Positions 9,895-19,347 of a stretch of 64,000 nt of DNA are shown here, in pieces. This stretch comes from Spirochaetota bacterium (lineage in GTDB: Bacteria; Spirochaetota; UBA4802; UBA5550). The stretch covers positions 640,001 through 704,000 of the forward strand of contig CAXXHB010000002.1 of NCBI GenBank assembly GCA_963664815.2. The letters run 5' to 3'. The first letter of the stretch is position 1. Each line of letters opens with the position of its first letter. Under the pieces are notes generated by a model. That model made no database searches, had not been told where the DNA came from, and saw only the letters and a program-made list of their open reading frames with translations. The position numbers and the translations under genes were made by a program.

Positions 9895-10584
9895 ATGGAT
9901 TATTTGGCAGAGGGTTTTTTAAAGGCATTTATACTTCTTTTTCAGAGGAACGCTGAAACCTATGATGCAATATATACTACATTGAAGGTATCTTCGTTTT
10001 CGATTTTGATCAGTCTTATTATCGGTCTCCCCGGCGGTTTTGCTCTGAGTTATTACAGCTTTCCAGGCAGAAAGCATATAAGGGTGGTGGCTGATACACT
10101 TCTTGCGCTTCCCACTGTTGCAGTTGGCCTTCTGGTTTATGCATTTATTACAGCGAAGGGGCCTCTTGGCAATTTCAATCTTCTGTTTGAATTATCCGGA
10201 ATTATAGCCGGTCAGGTGATACTTATACTTCCGCTAGTCGTATCATTAAGCGCGTCAGGAATTGAAAGCCTTGATGAAAGGCTGCGGAGCACTCTTATTA
10301 CACTCGGTGCAGGGCCGAAGAGAATACTTTTCAGCACATTGTATGAATCCCGGTTTGCATTAATGACTGCCGCCGCAACTGCATACGGAAGAGCTATCTC
10401 CGAGGTAGGGGTCTCCATGATGGTTGGTGGTAATATAAAGTGGCACACCAGAACAATCACAACAGCAATAACTCTGGAAACCGGCAAGGGTGAATTTGCA
10501 ATGGGTATAGCTCTTGGTATTGTACTTTTATTAATCAGTTTAATTGTTAACTGGTCCCTGATATTTTTCAGGAAAAGGACGTAA
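9895..10584 (+). CDS. tupB: Tungstate ABC transporter permease
   Basis: GRAISEVGVSMMVGGNIKWHTRTITTAITLETGKG, and operon position. Confidence 0.92.
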   Translation: MDYLAEGFLKAFILLFQRNAETYDAIYTTLKVSSFSILISLIIGLPGGFALSYYSFPGRKHIRVVADTLLALPTVAVGLLVYAFITAKGPLGNFNLLFELSGIIAGQVILILPLVVSLSASGIESLDERLRSTLITLGAGPKRILFSTLYESRFALMTAAATAYGRAISEVGVSMMVGGNIKWHTRTITTAITLETGKGEFAMGIALGIVLLLISLIVNWSLIFFRKRT

Positions 10585-10587
10585 TAA

Positions 10588-11610
10588 ATGAAAAAAAGGG
10601 GTAAAATCAAAAGCTGTAACCTGTATGAGATGACCGGGATTGAACACAGCTATGGGGGCTTTACTCTGAATATCCCTGAACTTAAAATTGAAAGAGGAGT
10701 TGCGGCAGGTCTCTCGGGACCAAATGGAAGCGGGAAAAGCACTCTTATGAGGCTGATGGCTTTTCTAGAGAAACCGGCATCGGGAAGGATTGTCTTTAAC
10801 GGCGCATATGAAGAGAGACTCCGGGCAACCATGCTGCAGCAGGATCCATACCTGCTTAAAAGGAGCGTTTATGATAATGTTTCGTATGGTCTTAAGGTTA
10901 GAAACGATTACAGGGATATAAAAAAACGGACTGCTGAAGCACTTGAAAGAGTTAACCTTAACCATAATTCATTTATGCACAGGAAGTGGTTTGAACTCTC
11001 CGGAGGCGAGGCAAAGAGGGTTGCACTGGCTTCAAGGCTTGTTCTTAAACCGGAGGCTCTTCTGCTTGATGAACCTGTTGCCAATGTTGATTCTGAAAGC
11101 TCAAGAGCAATAATAAATGCTGTAAGATGGATGAAGGAGGAACATTCAACCACTTTAGTCATTTCAAGTCATGATCTTACATGGCTTAACAGTGTAACTG
11201 ACCATATATGGAAACTCAATAACGGGAAACTTGCCGGATCGGGAAATGCAAACCTTATCCCGGGACCATGGACTGAAGAGAAAAACAATCTGTGGTATAC
11301 GACGCTACCCGGTGGAGACAAAGTCTATTCAACTGAGCCACCCGACTGCAGTGCTGCGGCTATATTATATCCTTCCGATATAATTATATCTGAAAAAAGG
11401 ACAACGGGAACCTCTGCGCTTAATCAGATTGAAGCAAAGATTAAACTTCTTGTATCAGAGGGTAACACCGGCAGGATAAGAGTGGAATCAGAAGCCTCCG
11501 GGAAGATCATCAACTGCTATATAACCATGACATCCGCTGAAAAAATAAATATTGTACCGGGGAGAAAAGTGTATCTGATATTCAAAGCGGCTTCACTTGT
11601 GTGGGGCTGA
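10588..11610 (+). CDS. tupC: Tungstate ABC transporter ATPase with C-terminal TOBE domain
   Basis: Walker A GPNGSGKS, LSGGE, LLLDEP and a TOBE-like tail (SALNQIEA...IFKA). Confidence 0.88.
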   Translation: MKKRGKIKSCNLYEMTGIEHSYGGFTLNIPELKIERGVAAGLSGPNGSGKSTLMRLMAFLEKPASGRIVFNGAYEERLRATMLQQDPYLLKRSVYDNVSYGLKVRNDYRDIKKRTAEALERVNLNHNSFMHRKWFELSGGEAKRVALASRLVLKPEALLLDEPVANVDSESSRAIINAVRWMKEEHSTTLVISSHDLTWLNSVTDHIWKLNNGKLAGSGNANLIPGPWTEEKNNLWYTTLPGGDKVYSTEPPDCSAAAILYPSDIIISEKRTTGTSALNQIEAKIKLLVSEGNTGRIRVESEASGKIINCYITMTSAEKINIVPGRKVYLIFKAASLVWG

Positions 11611-11614
11611 TTAA

Positions 11615-12445
11615 TTATATTCCAAGTATACGTTTGGCGTTTTCTCCGAGAATTTTATTCCTGTCCTCCATTGTTCCGATCTCTTGTTCGATTGAACCTT
11701 TATATCTTCCAATGCCGAGAAGCGGGAAGTCACTTCCGAAAACTATTCTGTCTGCCCCGGTAATTTTTACAGCCGTACTGTAGATCCCGCTCCGGTATAA
11801 ATACGGGGTAGCCGCCGTATCATAAAAAACATTTTTTAAAACCTCGTTAACCTCCGGCATAAGTTCATAAAAACAGAGTCCCCCTCCCCAGTGAGAGAGT
11901 ATGACTGTTGCTTCCGGAACAGACTTCAGAAGTTCATATACTGCCGCAAGAGAGGGTTCATATTTGCCGGGGTAACTGTGTCCTACAGGTTCATTGAGGT
12001 GCAGACATACCGGGAGTGATAAATCCGCTGCAGCCTCAAGGACTTCGCGGAGAAAGATTTTGCTCAGATCATTCATCCCCCCCGTATAAAAAGCAATCTC
12101 CCCTATGCCGTACAGTCCAAAGCTTTTTAACTCCTCCGCGTAGTGTCTTACGCTGCCGGAGCCGGAAAGGGGGATCATGCCGAAAGGGAAGATATTGCCG
12201 CCGCCGGGGATTGAAGCCATGCATTCATTCTGTCTCATGCAGTGCTTCTCTCCGGACCAAGGGAATGACATTGCAGCTGCGCCATGCAGTTTTTCGGTTA
12301 AAATGTATTCCGCCAGTCCCGCATGGTCTGTAACTGCTGATTTCTCTGATGAATATAAAAGTTTAAAACCGGGATCATCAAAATAGCAGTCTCTTGATAA
12401 TAAAACATCTTTCGGGAATATATGAGTGTGAAAATCCAATATCAT
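11615..12445 (-). CDS. Amidohydrolase_2 family metal-dependent hydrolase
   Basis: DFHTH, GIGE, SHWGGG and FGSDFP motifs. Confidence 0.88.
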   Translation of the reverse strand: MILDFHTHIFPKDVLLSRDCYFDDPGFKLLYSSEKSAVTDHAGLAEYILTEKLHGAAAMSFPWSGEKHCMRQNECMASIPGGGNIFPFGMIPLSGSGSVRHYAEELKSFGLYGIGEIAFYTGGMNDLSKIFLREVLEAAADLSLPVCLHLNEPVGHSYPGKYEPSLAAVYELLKSVPEATVILSHWGGGLCFYELMPEVNEVLKNVFYDTAATPYLYRSGIYSTAVKITGADRIVFGSDFPLLGIGRYKGSIEQEIGTMEDRNKILGENAKRILGI

Positions 12446-12450
12446 GATTA

Positions 12451-12849
12451 CTATTTAAATATTTTCCCGAATTCTACTTCCGAGGGTTCGCTTCCATCGT
12501 CCCATCTGATAACCGCTCCTTTAGCTGTAACCTTTTCAACCGTGCCGGGATAAAATTTTGCCCCTGACCACACAGCATAAACTTTATCCCCTGCAGTGAG
12601 TACTAACTTAGCCGGGATAAATTTAATAGCCCCCTCAGAAACTGTACCCTGAGAACCGTCAGCATAGTCAACTTCATAATTCCCATCTGTACAGCTTTTA
12701 ATTACTGCAAGGTAATATTCTCCATCAGACCATTTAGCTGCAACAGAAGCACCGTCGGGAAATTTCTGCGCACTCTTTCCCGTGACCGGAAAAACAACGA
12801 AACCTGACAGAAACAATACAACAAGAAACATTCTTAAATTTTTCATCAT
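12451..12849 (-). CDS. Secreted protein with two Tudor/Agenet-like repeats
   Basis: Signal peptide, then G..V.A.WS...YY.A.I....Y.V.Y.DGS twice. Confidence 0.7.
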   Translation of the reverse strand: MMKNLRMFLVVLFLSGFVVFPVTGKSAQKFPDGASVAAKWSDGEYYLAVIKSCTDGNYEVDYADGSQGTVSEGAIKFIPAKLVLTAGDKVYAVWSGAKFYPGTVEKVTAKGAVIRWDDGSEPSEVEFGKIFK

Positions 12850-13199
12850 TAACTCCTCATTTAAATAGTAATATTTTTATTCCATTATCAGATAAAAATG
12901 GAACAGTTGAATAATACAATTATAACACATAAACCGGCTTTGTCATCCGTAAGTTTACGGATATTGGAATTTTAAAAATGAATTCAGGCTGACAACGGAT
13001 CAGCAGTCAATACCTGACGGGCTTTTTAAATTTACCATAAAAAATACTATTCGTTGTAATAAAAAATAAAAATAATACGTATGATACAATTATTATTGAC
13101 AATAAATAATATTATTACAAAGATATAATACAAAATATACTATTAAGACTAATAATTCTTTACATTATTCTTATTTTGTATTAAAATATAGTACTTATT

Positions 13200-14561
13200 A
13201 TGGAGCGTCATATGAACAGCGGAAGACAAGGGAGAGACCGCACTGTAAAACATGGTTCTTTCACAGATGATTATAAAGCTAAAATTATTACACCTGAAAG
13301 AGCAGCGTCATTTGTAAGATCAGATGATATGTTATTTACCGGAGGTGGAGTAAATATCCCCAAAGCCTTTTCCACAGCATTGGGAGCAAGGGCTTCCGAG
13401 CTGAAAAATGTAACAATACTCCAGGGTTTTGCCATGGCGCTTTATGACTACATGAAACCTGAGGCTAAAAACAGTTTTAATATTGAAACGATGTTTGTCG
13501 GCCCTCTTGAAAGAATCTGTATGGAGTGGGGTGTCGGGTCATATAATCCTCACAGTTTTTCCGATCTTGGCACTCTGGCATTCAGGGCTGCTCCCAGGAT
13601 TGTGGCATTTTCAGCTACACCACCAGATAAAGACGGATATGTCAACAAGTCATGTTTTGGATCATTTCTTCCCCGGAAAGAGTGCCTTGAGCCTGCGGAA
13701 GTTGTTATCTGCGAAATAAATAATCATCTACCCTGGTGCAGCGGTGATGATTTCAAGGTGCATTTGTCTGAAATAGATTTTATTATTGAAAACAATGCGC
13801 CGATTTTCGAGCTGCCCGAGATTCCCATTACTGAAGTTGAAGATAGAATGGCGGAGTATATAGTGGACATGATTCCTGACGGATCTACAATTCAACTCGG
13901 TTTCGGCGGGCTTGGCAATGCAATAGGTCATATGCTTTATAATAAAAAAGATCTCGGTATGCATTCCGAGGTTGTTACACCTTCGGTTACGGAGCTTGTG
14001 AAGGCAGGGGTTATAACTTGTTCAAAGAAGAACTTCTATCCCGGGAAGGTGGTAACGGCTTTTGCAGTGGGAACAAATCAGTTCTACAGCGATCTTGACA
14101 GAAATGAAATGTTTGAGTTCAAGGAGGTTCACTGGGTTAATCAGCCTTCAGTAATAGCAAAAAATGACGGTATGATATCCATAAATACAACTCTTATGAT
14201 GGATCTGACGGGACAGGCCGCATCGGAATCGATAGGGATAAAGCAGTATAGCGGAACCGGCGGTCAGGTAAACTTTAACCAGGGGGCGAAGATGTCAAAG
14301 GGGGGTAAAAGGATACTGGCAGTGGCATCATCCTATACCGATAAAGACGGAGAGCTGAAATCCAAAATTGTACCCAATCTTCCTCTGGGATCAATTGTAA
14401 CCACAACGAGAAATGAAATAGAATACGTTTGTACCGAGTATGGAGTAGTGGATCTCAGTTTCAACAGTATAAGTACGCGCGTAAAGAAGCTTATATCAAT
14501 AGCTCATCCCCAATTCAGAGATGAGCTTGCTTTTGAAGCTAAGAAAAACAGGTGGATTTAA
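13200..14561 (+). CDS. Acetyl-CoA hydrolase/transferase (4-hydroxybutyrate CoA-transferase-like)
   Basis: TIQLGFGG, GMHSEV, QYSGTGGQ, TEYG and LISIAHP motifs. Confidence 0.92.
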   Translation: MERHMNSGRQGRDRTVKHGSFTDDYKAKIITPERAASFVRSDDMLFTGGGVNIPKAFSTALGARASELKNVTILQGFAMALYDYMKPEAKNSFNIETMFVGPLERICMEWGVGSYNPHSFSDLGTLAFRAAPRIVAFSATPPDKDGYVNKSCFGSFLPRKECLEPAEVVICEINNHLPWCSGDDFKVHLSEIDFIIENNAPIFELPEIPITEVEDRMAEYIVDMIPDGSTIQLGFGGLGNAIGHMLYNKKDLGMHSEVVTPSVTELVKAGVITCSKKNFYPGKVVTAFAVGTNQFYSDLDRNEMFEFKEVHWVNQPSVIAKNDGMISINTTLMMDLTGQAASESIGIKQYSGTGGQVNFNQGAKMSKGGKRILAVASSYTDKDGELKSKIVPNLPLGSIVTTTRNEIEYVCTEYGVVDLSFNSISTRVKKLISIAHPQFRDELAFEAKKNRWI

Positions 14562-14580
14562 GCATATTAAGAGGGGAGGA

Positions 14581-15249
14581 TTATTCCTCCCCACCTTCTT
14601 CATCTTCAGGTTCAATCTTGATTTTAAAATTAAAATTCTTCATTCTCTTGTCTTTTTTGACGCCGTTCATAATCAGCTTGAACAAAGGGTCAACGCAGAG
14701 TATCGGCTGGGTCTTGTCATTGGGGGAATCGTACATGAGCCATCTGATAACTACAAACTCAACACATCCGAGAATTGCCGATCTTATAAAATTGGGATCT
14801 ATATCGGCTCTCAGCTCACCATTCTGAATCCCCTCTTTAATGACATCGGTCATAATCTTGTAATATTCAATAAGATCCTTGTAGGTATCGGTGTCTTTAA
14901 ATTTTTTGTTTGTTTTAAGAGTCATAAGGGATATTGACGCAAAGTACGGATTATCCTGGTAAAACTTGCAGAGGTGGTAGATCATCCCTCTCAGTTTATT
15001 ATTTGTGCCGCTTATATAATTGAGATGAGAGTCAAGCATCTGCTTGCTCAGCTCAATACCTTCGCGGGGAATGGTGAAAAGAAGCTCCTCTTTTGATGAA
15101 AAATATTCATAGATTGTGGTGTCAGATACTCCTGTTTCCTTTGCCACATCAGAGATTGTTGAATTTAGAAAACCCTTCTCGGAGAAGACTTTTTCAGCAG
15201 ATTTCAGGATCTGATCCTTTCTTGCTTCCTTTAATGATTTAACTGTCAT
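14581..15249 (-). CDS. TetR/AcrR family transcriptional regulator
   Basis: N-terminal HTH, FSEKGF...TISDVAKETGVS...IYEYFSSKEEL. Confidence 0.93.
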   Translation of the reverse strand: MTVKSLKEARKDQILKSAEKVFSEKGFLNSTISDVAKETGVSDTTIYEYFSSKEELLFTIPREGIELSKQMLDSHLNYISGTNNKLRGMIYHLCKFYQDNPYFASISLMTLKTNKKFKDTDTYKDLIEYYKIMTDVIKEGIQNGELRADIDPNFIRSAILGCVEFVVIRWLMYDSPNDKTQPILCVDPLFKLIMNGVKKDKRMKNFNFKIKIEPEDEEGGEE

Positions 15250-15548
15250 TTTTCAGTCTCCATATTTATATTAATTTACTTCCTCTTGTAAAAAAAGAAA
15301 AAATTCTTAGTTACTATAAAGTATTCTCAAAAACAGGCCTCTGGGAGTCAAGCTTTTTTTGTTAAAATATTGTCATGGATTTTTATCTTTTTTTTAAGGG
15401 GTTGATGTTGAAGGGCAAAAATTTTTCCGGTAAGATTTTCAGGTTATTATTACATGTTGCTGTTAAGCCCGGGGGAAAAGAAACACTTCAGCATGTTTAG
15501 CGTTTACAGATAAATATGTAAATATATAATATAATGTACATCTTTTAA

Positions 15549-15592
15549 GCAAGGTTATCGAAGGGTGTACGGAGGATATACGAAGGATATAC
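15549..15592. repeat. 11-bp-period tandem repeat (CGAAGGATATA-like, 3-4 units)
   Basis: CGAAGGGTGTA CGGAGGATATA CGAAGGATATA, preceded by a degenerate unit. Confidence 0.6.
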
Positions 15593-16059
15593 CGGGGGCC
15601 TGGAGGTTAATTTAACCGCGACAGGCGCTTTCTCAGTTGATCTTAACATATCTGCCAATGCAGAATACTCCTTATGGTTATTCTGCAGGTGATATCTGGC
15701 GGTATTGGCACATCAGAGATTTCTGTTAAACCGGGTGGTACCGGCGCAGCAGGACACTCTGTGGTCTGCTGTCTGTTGTATAATTATTAACAGTTGTTGT
15801 TTTTCTGTTATCCCGGTTACCCGAAGGGGAGTAGAAATACTTAACAGGTTATGGCCGCTTTAAGGCAATATTCAGCATAATAAGTTTTATGTGTAATTTA
15901 AGTTTGATCGGACGGTTTTTGAGGTATAGAGGGTTTAGCGGTTGACAACGGGGTTTTTATTTGTATAGCGTTGGATGTAATTATAATGCGTTAAATAGTG
16001 ATAACGGAATTTTATCTGATTTTTCTGGAATACCGGAATTAATATCTATCGGAGATTAA

Positions 16060-16422
16060 ACGGCTAAAGCTGTAAAGAACAACAGCAGCGAAGAACCAAT
16101 AGAAAAACAAATTTAGAAAGCTGCTGATAAACTCAGAAAGAATATAGATACTGCTGGATAAAAACATATAGTCCTGGGACTATATGTTTCTTAAATATAT
16201 ATCAGACGCATTTGAAGAACTGCAAACAAAACTGAAAGGGTAAGGGAGCTGGATTATGTATTTACACTGGTAAGGTATGTTGACCTGCCTGATGACGAGG
16301 ACGATTTTGATTTTAATGAGAGATTAACAGCTCTTAAGGCAGAATTGGAAGCACAGATGAAAGAAGAGGATAAACTTAATAAGCTGATTCTGGAGAAGTT
16401 GAAAAAGGTCAAACTTGTATGA
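16060..16422 (+). pseudogene. hsdM: Type I R-M methyltransferase remnant (N- and C-termini joined, middle deleted)
   Basis: GGAG RBS then ACG (mutated start). EEPIEKQI*KAADKLRKNIDTAG*KHIVLGL / FLKYISDAFEEL is joined directly to ELDYVFTLVRYVDLPDDEDDFDFNERLTALKAELEAQM..., with stops and a frameshift. Confidence 0.9.
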
Positions 16423-16676
16423 ATACTCAAAATTCTGATAGATTCCATTTTACCGTTAAAGAATTAATCGAAATACTCAAAGATTTACCGCAGGACTTAC
16501 CGGTATTAACAAGCGGATATGAATCCGGATTTGAAAATTTTTATTATCCATCAATAGTCGAATTGAAGCATGTTCCGGAAAATATGTATCATGATGGTGA
16601 GTTCCAGGCAGGTGAAGATGGTGATGCAGATATATTTGAAGCTGTAATTCTACAAAGAGTAATGCGGTATGATTGA
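16419..16676 (+). CDS. Small acidic hypothetical protein within the type I R-M locus
   Basis: Intact 85-aa ORF whose ATG overlaps the hsdM stop (GTATGA); TVKELIEILKDLPQD N-terminus. Confidence 0.7.
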   Translation: MNTQNSDRFHFTVKELIEILKDLPQDLPVLTSGYESGFENFYYPSIVELKHVPENMYHDGEFQAGEDGDADIFEAVILQRVMRYD

Positions 16677-16730
16677 CAGAAGGCGCCAATAGTCCGGCGC
16701 CCGTATCTGATTGAAGGAAAAGTAGCATCT

Positions 16731-16757
16731 GTAAGGGCAGGCCCCTGTGCCTGTCCC
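16731..16757 (+). repeat. REP-like palindrome
   Basis: GTAA-GGGCAGGC-ccctgt-GCCTGTCC: a GTAG-like tetranucleotide followed by a GC-rich hairpin. Confidence 0.55.
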
Positions 16758-16771
16758 AAAGAATAACAAAG

Positions 16772-17449
16772 GTGAAGAAACACCTCCCCGACAACCAGAT
16801 CACCTTTTACCAGACCCCGGACGGCTCGGTGAATATCGAGGTGATGTACGCCAATGAAAATATCTGGCTTTCGCAAAAACGAATGGCTGAACTCTTTGAC
16901 TGCACCCCGGACAATATTTCTCTGCATCTTAGAAATATCTATACAGAGAATGAATTGGACGAGAATGCAACTGCCGAGGAATTCTCGGTAGTTCAAACCG
17001 AGGGCAGCCGGGAAGTAAAACGGAAAATTACCTTTTATTCACTTGAAGCCATTATTGCAGTGGGCTACCGTGTCAACTCAGAGCGGGGCACCCAGTTCCG
17101 TCAATGGGCGATTACCATTCTTCAGCAGTACATTCATAAAGGTTTTGCAATAGATTCCCACCGGTTCAAATACGGCTCACGTTTCAACACCCGCTATTTT
17201 GACGAACTGCTCGAAGAAATCCGTGAAATCCGGGCCAGCGAGCGCATGGTGTATCAAAAAATTACCGATATCTACACGACGTCTATCGATTATTCGACTA
17301 AAGCAGAGGACACGACGGCGTTTTTCTCCACTGTCCAGAACAAACTGCATTTTGAAAAGTTCAGGGTTGTACAGGACAGTAAATTTATATCCGATTTTGA
17401 TAAGGAAGTAAAAAAATTGCTGGATAAGGACAAAGGCGGCAAGAAATGA
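16772..17449 (+). pseudogene. rhuM: Virulence RhuM family protein with an apparent in-frame internal deletion
   Basis: WLSQKRMAELF, AIIAVGYRVNSERGTQFRQWA, EEIREIRASER. QNKLHF is joined directly to the C-terminal EKFRVVQD...SDFD, so the usual central-to-late block is missing. Confidence 0.82.
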
Positions 17450-17586
17450 CCAGTAAAATCACCGAATCAGTAATAGAACAATTCGTTATTGATCTTCTGG
17501 TACATTATAAATACCAGTACATATACGGCCTTGACATAGCGCCCGATTCCGATAACTCCTCTCCTTCAGGAGATGTACAGTCATAA
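17446..17586 (+). pseudogene. hsdR: Type I restriction endonuclease R subunit, N-terminal stub
   Basis: MTSKITESVIEQFVIDLL..YQYIYGLDIAPDSD matches the typical HsdR N-terminus; ATGA overlap with the rhuM stop; truncated after 46 codons. Confidence 0.82.
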
Positions 17587-17679
17587 ACCCATCTCTTATT
17601 TCCCCTTTAGGGATAAGGGGGCCGGGGCTTACAGTTATCACTACGGCTGGAATGACATGGTGCTAATCATTTCTTGAAA

Positions 17680-17917
17680 TGCTACAGCTTCGCGGGTTGA
17701 TATTATGTGTTTTGCATATGGATACAGTTTTAATACACCTGTTGTTACAGATGATACTGATATGATCCAGCTTGGCCAGATGTTCGGTGTGCAAATGATT
17801 AAAATGGTCGAATTACTCAGGCTGATGCTTGAAGAGGATCATATTGACATGGATAAAATCGAAGAGATCGCCCAGTACCTGCAATATATGGATGATCCAC
17901 CAGTATACAGGAAATGA
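17680..17917 (+). pseudogene. C-terminal fragment of a PIN-domain-like protein
   Basis: SRVDIMCFAY...VVTDDTDM..LGQMFG resembles the C-terminal half of a PIN domain; no N-terminal half or RBS. Confidence 0.5.
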
Positions 17918-18079
17918 GAAATGTTATTGCGAATTCGATAAATACGATAATAAAATGCTGCCGTTTGATAATTATTGAATTCTTTAAATGAATGTGCAAA
18001 TAATATATACCTGATAAATATTTTCATGTAATTTAGATAAATTGCCCTTAATGATGTTTCTTTTCCCCTTAAATTCTTC

Positions 18080-18108
18080 TTTACAAATCAAACAAACCAA
18101 CCCAGACT
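18080..18108 (+). promoter_or_regulatory. Putative sigma70 promoter giving a leaderless transcript of the three-gene operon
   Basis: TTTACA-17 nt-CAGACT, 7 nt upstream of ATG 18116; no Shine-Dalgarno sequence. Confidence 0.35.
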
Positions 18109-18115
18109 ATCTTTC

Positions 18116-18862
18116 ATGACCAGACAACACCCATACCTGTCCAAAGCCCCGGTAGTCGAGGCTGTACTTGAAATAAAAACAATCCCGGCAGAAGCATGGG
18201 AGGAAAACCCGGTCTTTGAAAAAGCAAAATCAGAATTCGGTAGCGATTATTCCTTTGAATCAGAAAATTCTGTACTATTCACTATGAAGTTTAAGGCATT
18301 AATACCAGCTGTTGACAATAAATCAGAAACAGGCTGGAGCGGTTTAAGGCTTACATCAGGTGACAATACAGAAATTTACAAATTAACACGTGAATCCTAT
18401 GTATACAGCAGGCTCTCACCATACCAGGGGTGGGAAACTTTTAAAGAGAGGGCATTACAGGGCTGGTCACGGTACTGGAACATTGCTGGCAAGCAGAATG
18501 TAAAAAGAATCGGAATAAGGTTTATAAACAGGATAGATTTTATTGAAAAAGATCTTCCGGAGCTCTTTACCCTCTACCCTGTACAAATCGGTACAATTGA
18601 AAAGGATATAGCGGGGTATTTTCAACAGAATATGTACGCATACGAGAATGGTAAATATTTAACAAATTTTATCCAGGCAGTACAGATGCCTGAAAAAAGT
18701 AGTGATAAACCGGCAATGATAATGGATATAGACGTTTATACAACAGATGAATTTATTATTAATGAAAAGGACATAGAGCCCTGTCTTGAAAAGATCAGGG
18801 AGTATAAGAACGATATTTTTTTCGGGGCTGTAAATGATAAGCTGATAGAGAGATTAAAATGA
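18116..18862 (+). CDS. TIGR04255-family protein
   Basis: LSKAPVVEAVLEI N-terminus, SRLSPYQGWETF, RIGIRFINRI, IMDIDVY and KNDIFF: the motif pattern of this family. Confidence 0.85.
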   Translation: MTRQHPYLSKAPVVEAVLEIKTIPAEAWEENPVFEKAKSEFGSDYSFESENSVLFTMKFKALIPAVDNKSETGWSGLRLTSGDNTEIYKLTRESYVYSRLSPYQGWETFKERALQGWSRYWNIAGKQNVKRIGIRFINRIDFIEKDLPELFTLYPVQIGTIEKDIAGYFQQNMYAYENGKYLTNFIQAVQMPEKSSDKPAMIMDIDVYTTDEFIINEKDIEPCLEKIREYKNDIFFGAVNDKLIERLK

Positions 18863-19347
18863 ACTATACACTTTCAATGAAATCTTCCGAGAATATGCTC
18901 AGAACAGGTGCAAGCGGTTTCAGCAGAGAAGCGGATTATATAGACAGGGAGAAAAAATCATTAACAGAAAAACTGCTGGAAACTATTTCATTCGGAGAAA
19001 GGGAGCGTAAAATTCTTTTACTGTTAAATGCATCCCTTTCGGAGTGCGTTAATAAAGACTGGGACGGTTATGGAGCCCTGCCTGTTTCGGTAATGACATA
19101 TGTAAAGGCGCTGGAATTCCTGGTATCACTGCCGGAGTCAATCAGGCTACCCGACCTTACTGCTGACCCTGACGGATCAGTATCTATGGAGTGGTACCGG
19201 ACACCAGAATGGATATTTTCAATCAGTATTAACCGTGATGGTAAACTTGATTATGCAGCAATCTTCGGTGATAAAAAGCATCATGGCTCTATGCACTTCA
19301 GTGGTGAAGTTGATAAGGATATTTTAAACCTTATCGGAAGGGTGTAA
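18859..19347 (+). CDS. Conserved hypothetical protein (WDGYGA motif)
   Basis: DWDGYGALPVS...PDLTADPDGSVSMEW; ATGA overlap with the upstream gene. Confidence 0.8.
   Translation: MNYTLSMKSSENMLRTGASGFSREADYIDREKKSLTEKLLETISFGERERKILLLLNASLSECVNKDWDGYGALPVSVMTYVKALEFLVSLPESIRLPDLTADPDGSVSMEWYRTPEWIFSISINRDGKLDYAAIFGDKKHHGSMHFSGEVDKDILNLIGRV

Noticed and set aside
15728-15748. AAACCGGGTGGTACCGGCG resembles a T-box motif
   Set aside because: Imperfect match, no terminator/antiterminator or stem I, and no amino-acid gene downstream. No T-box was seen before valS either.
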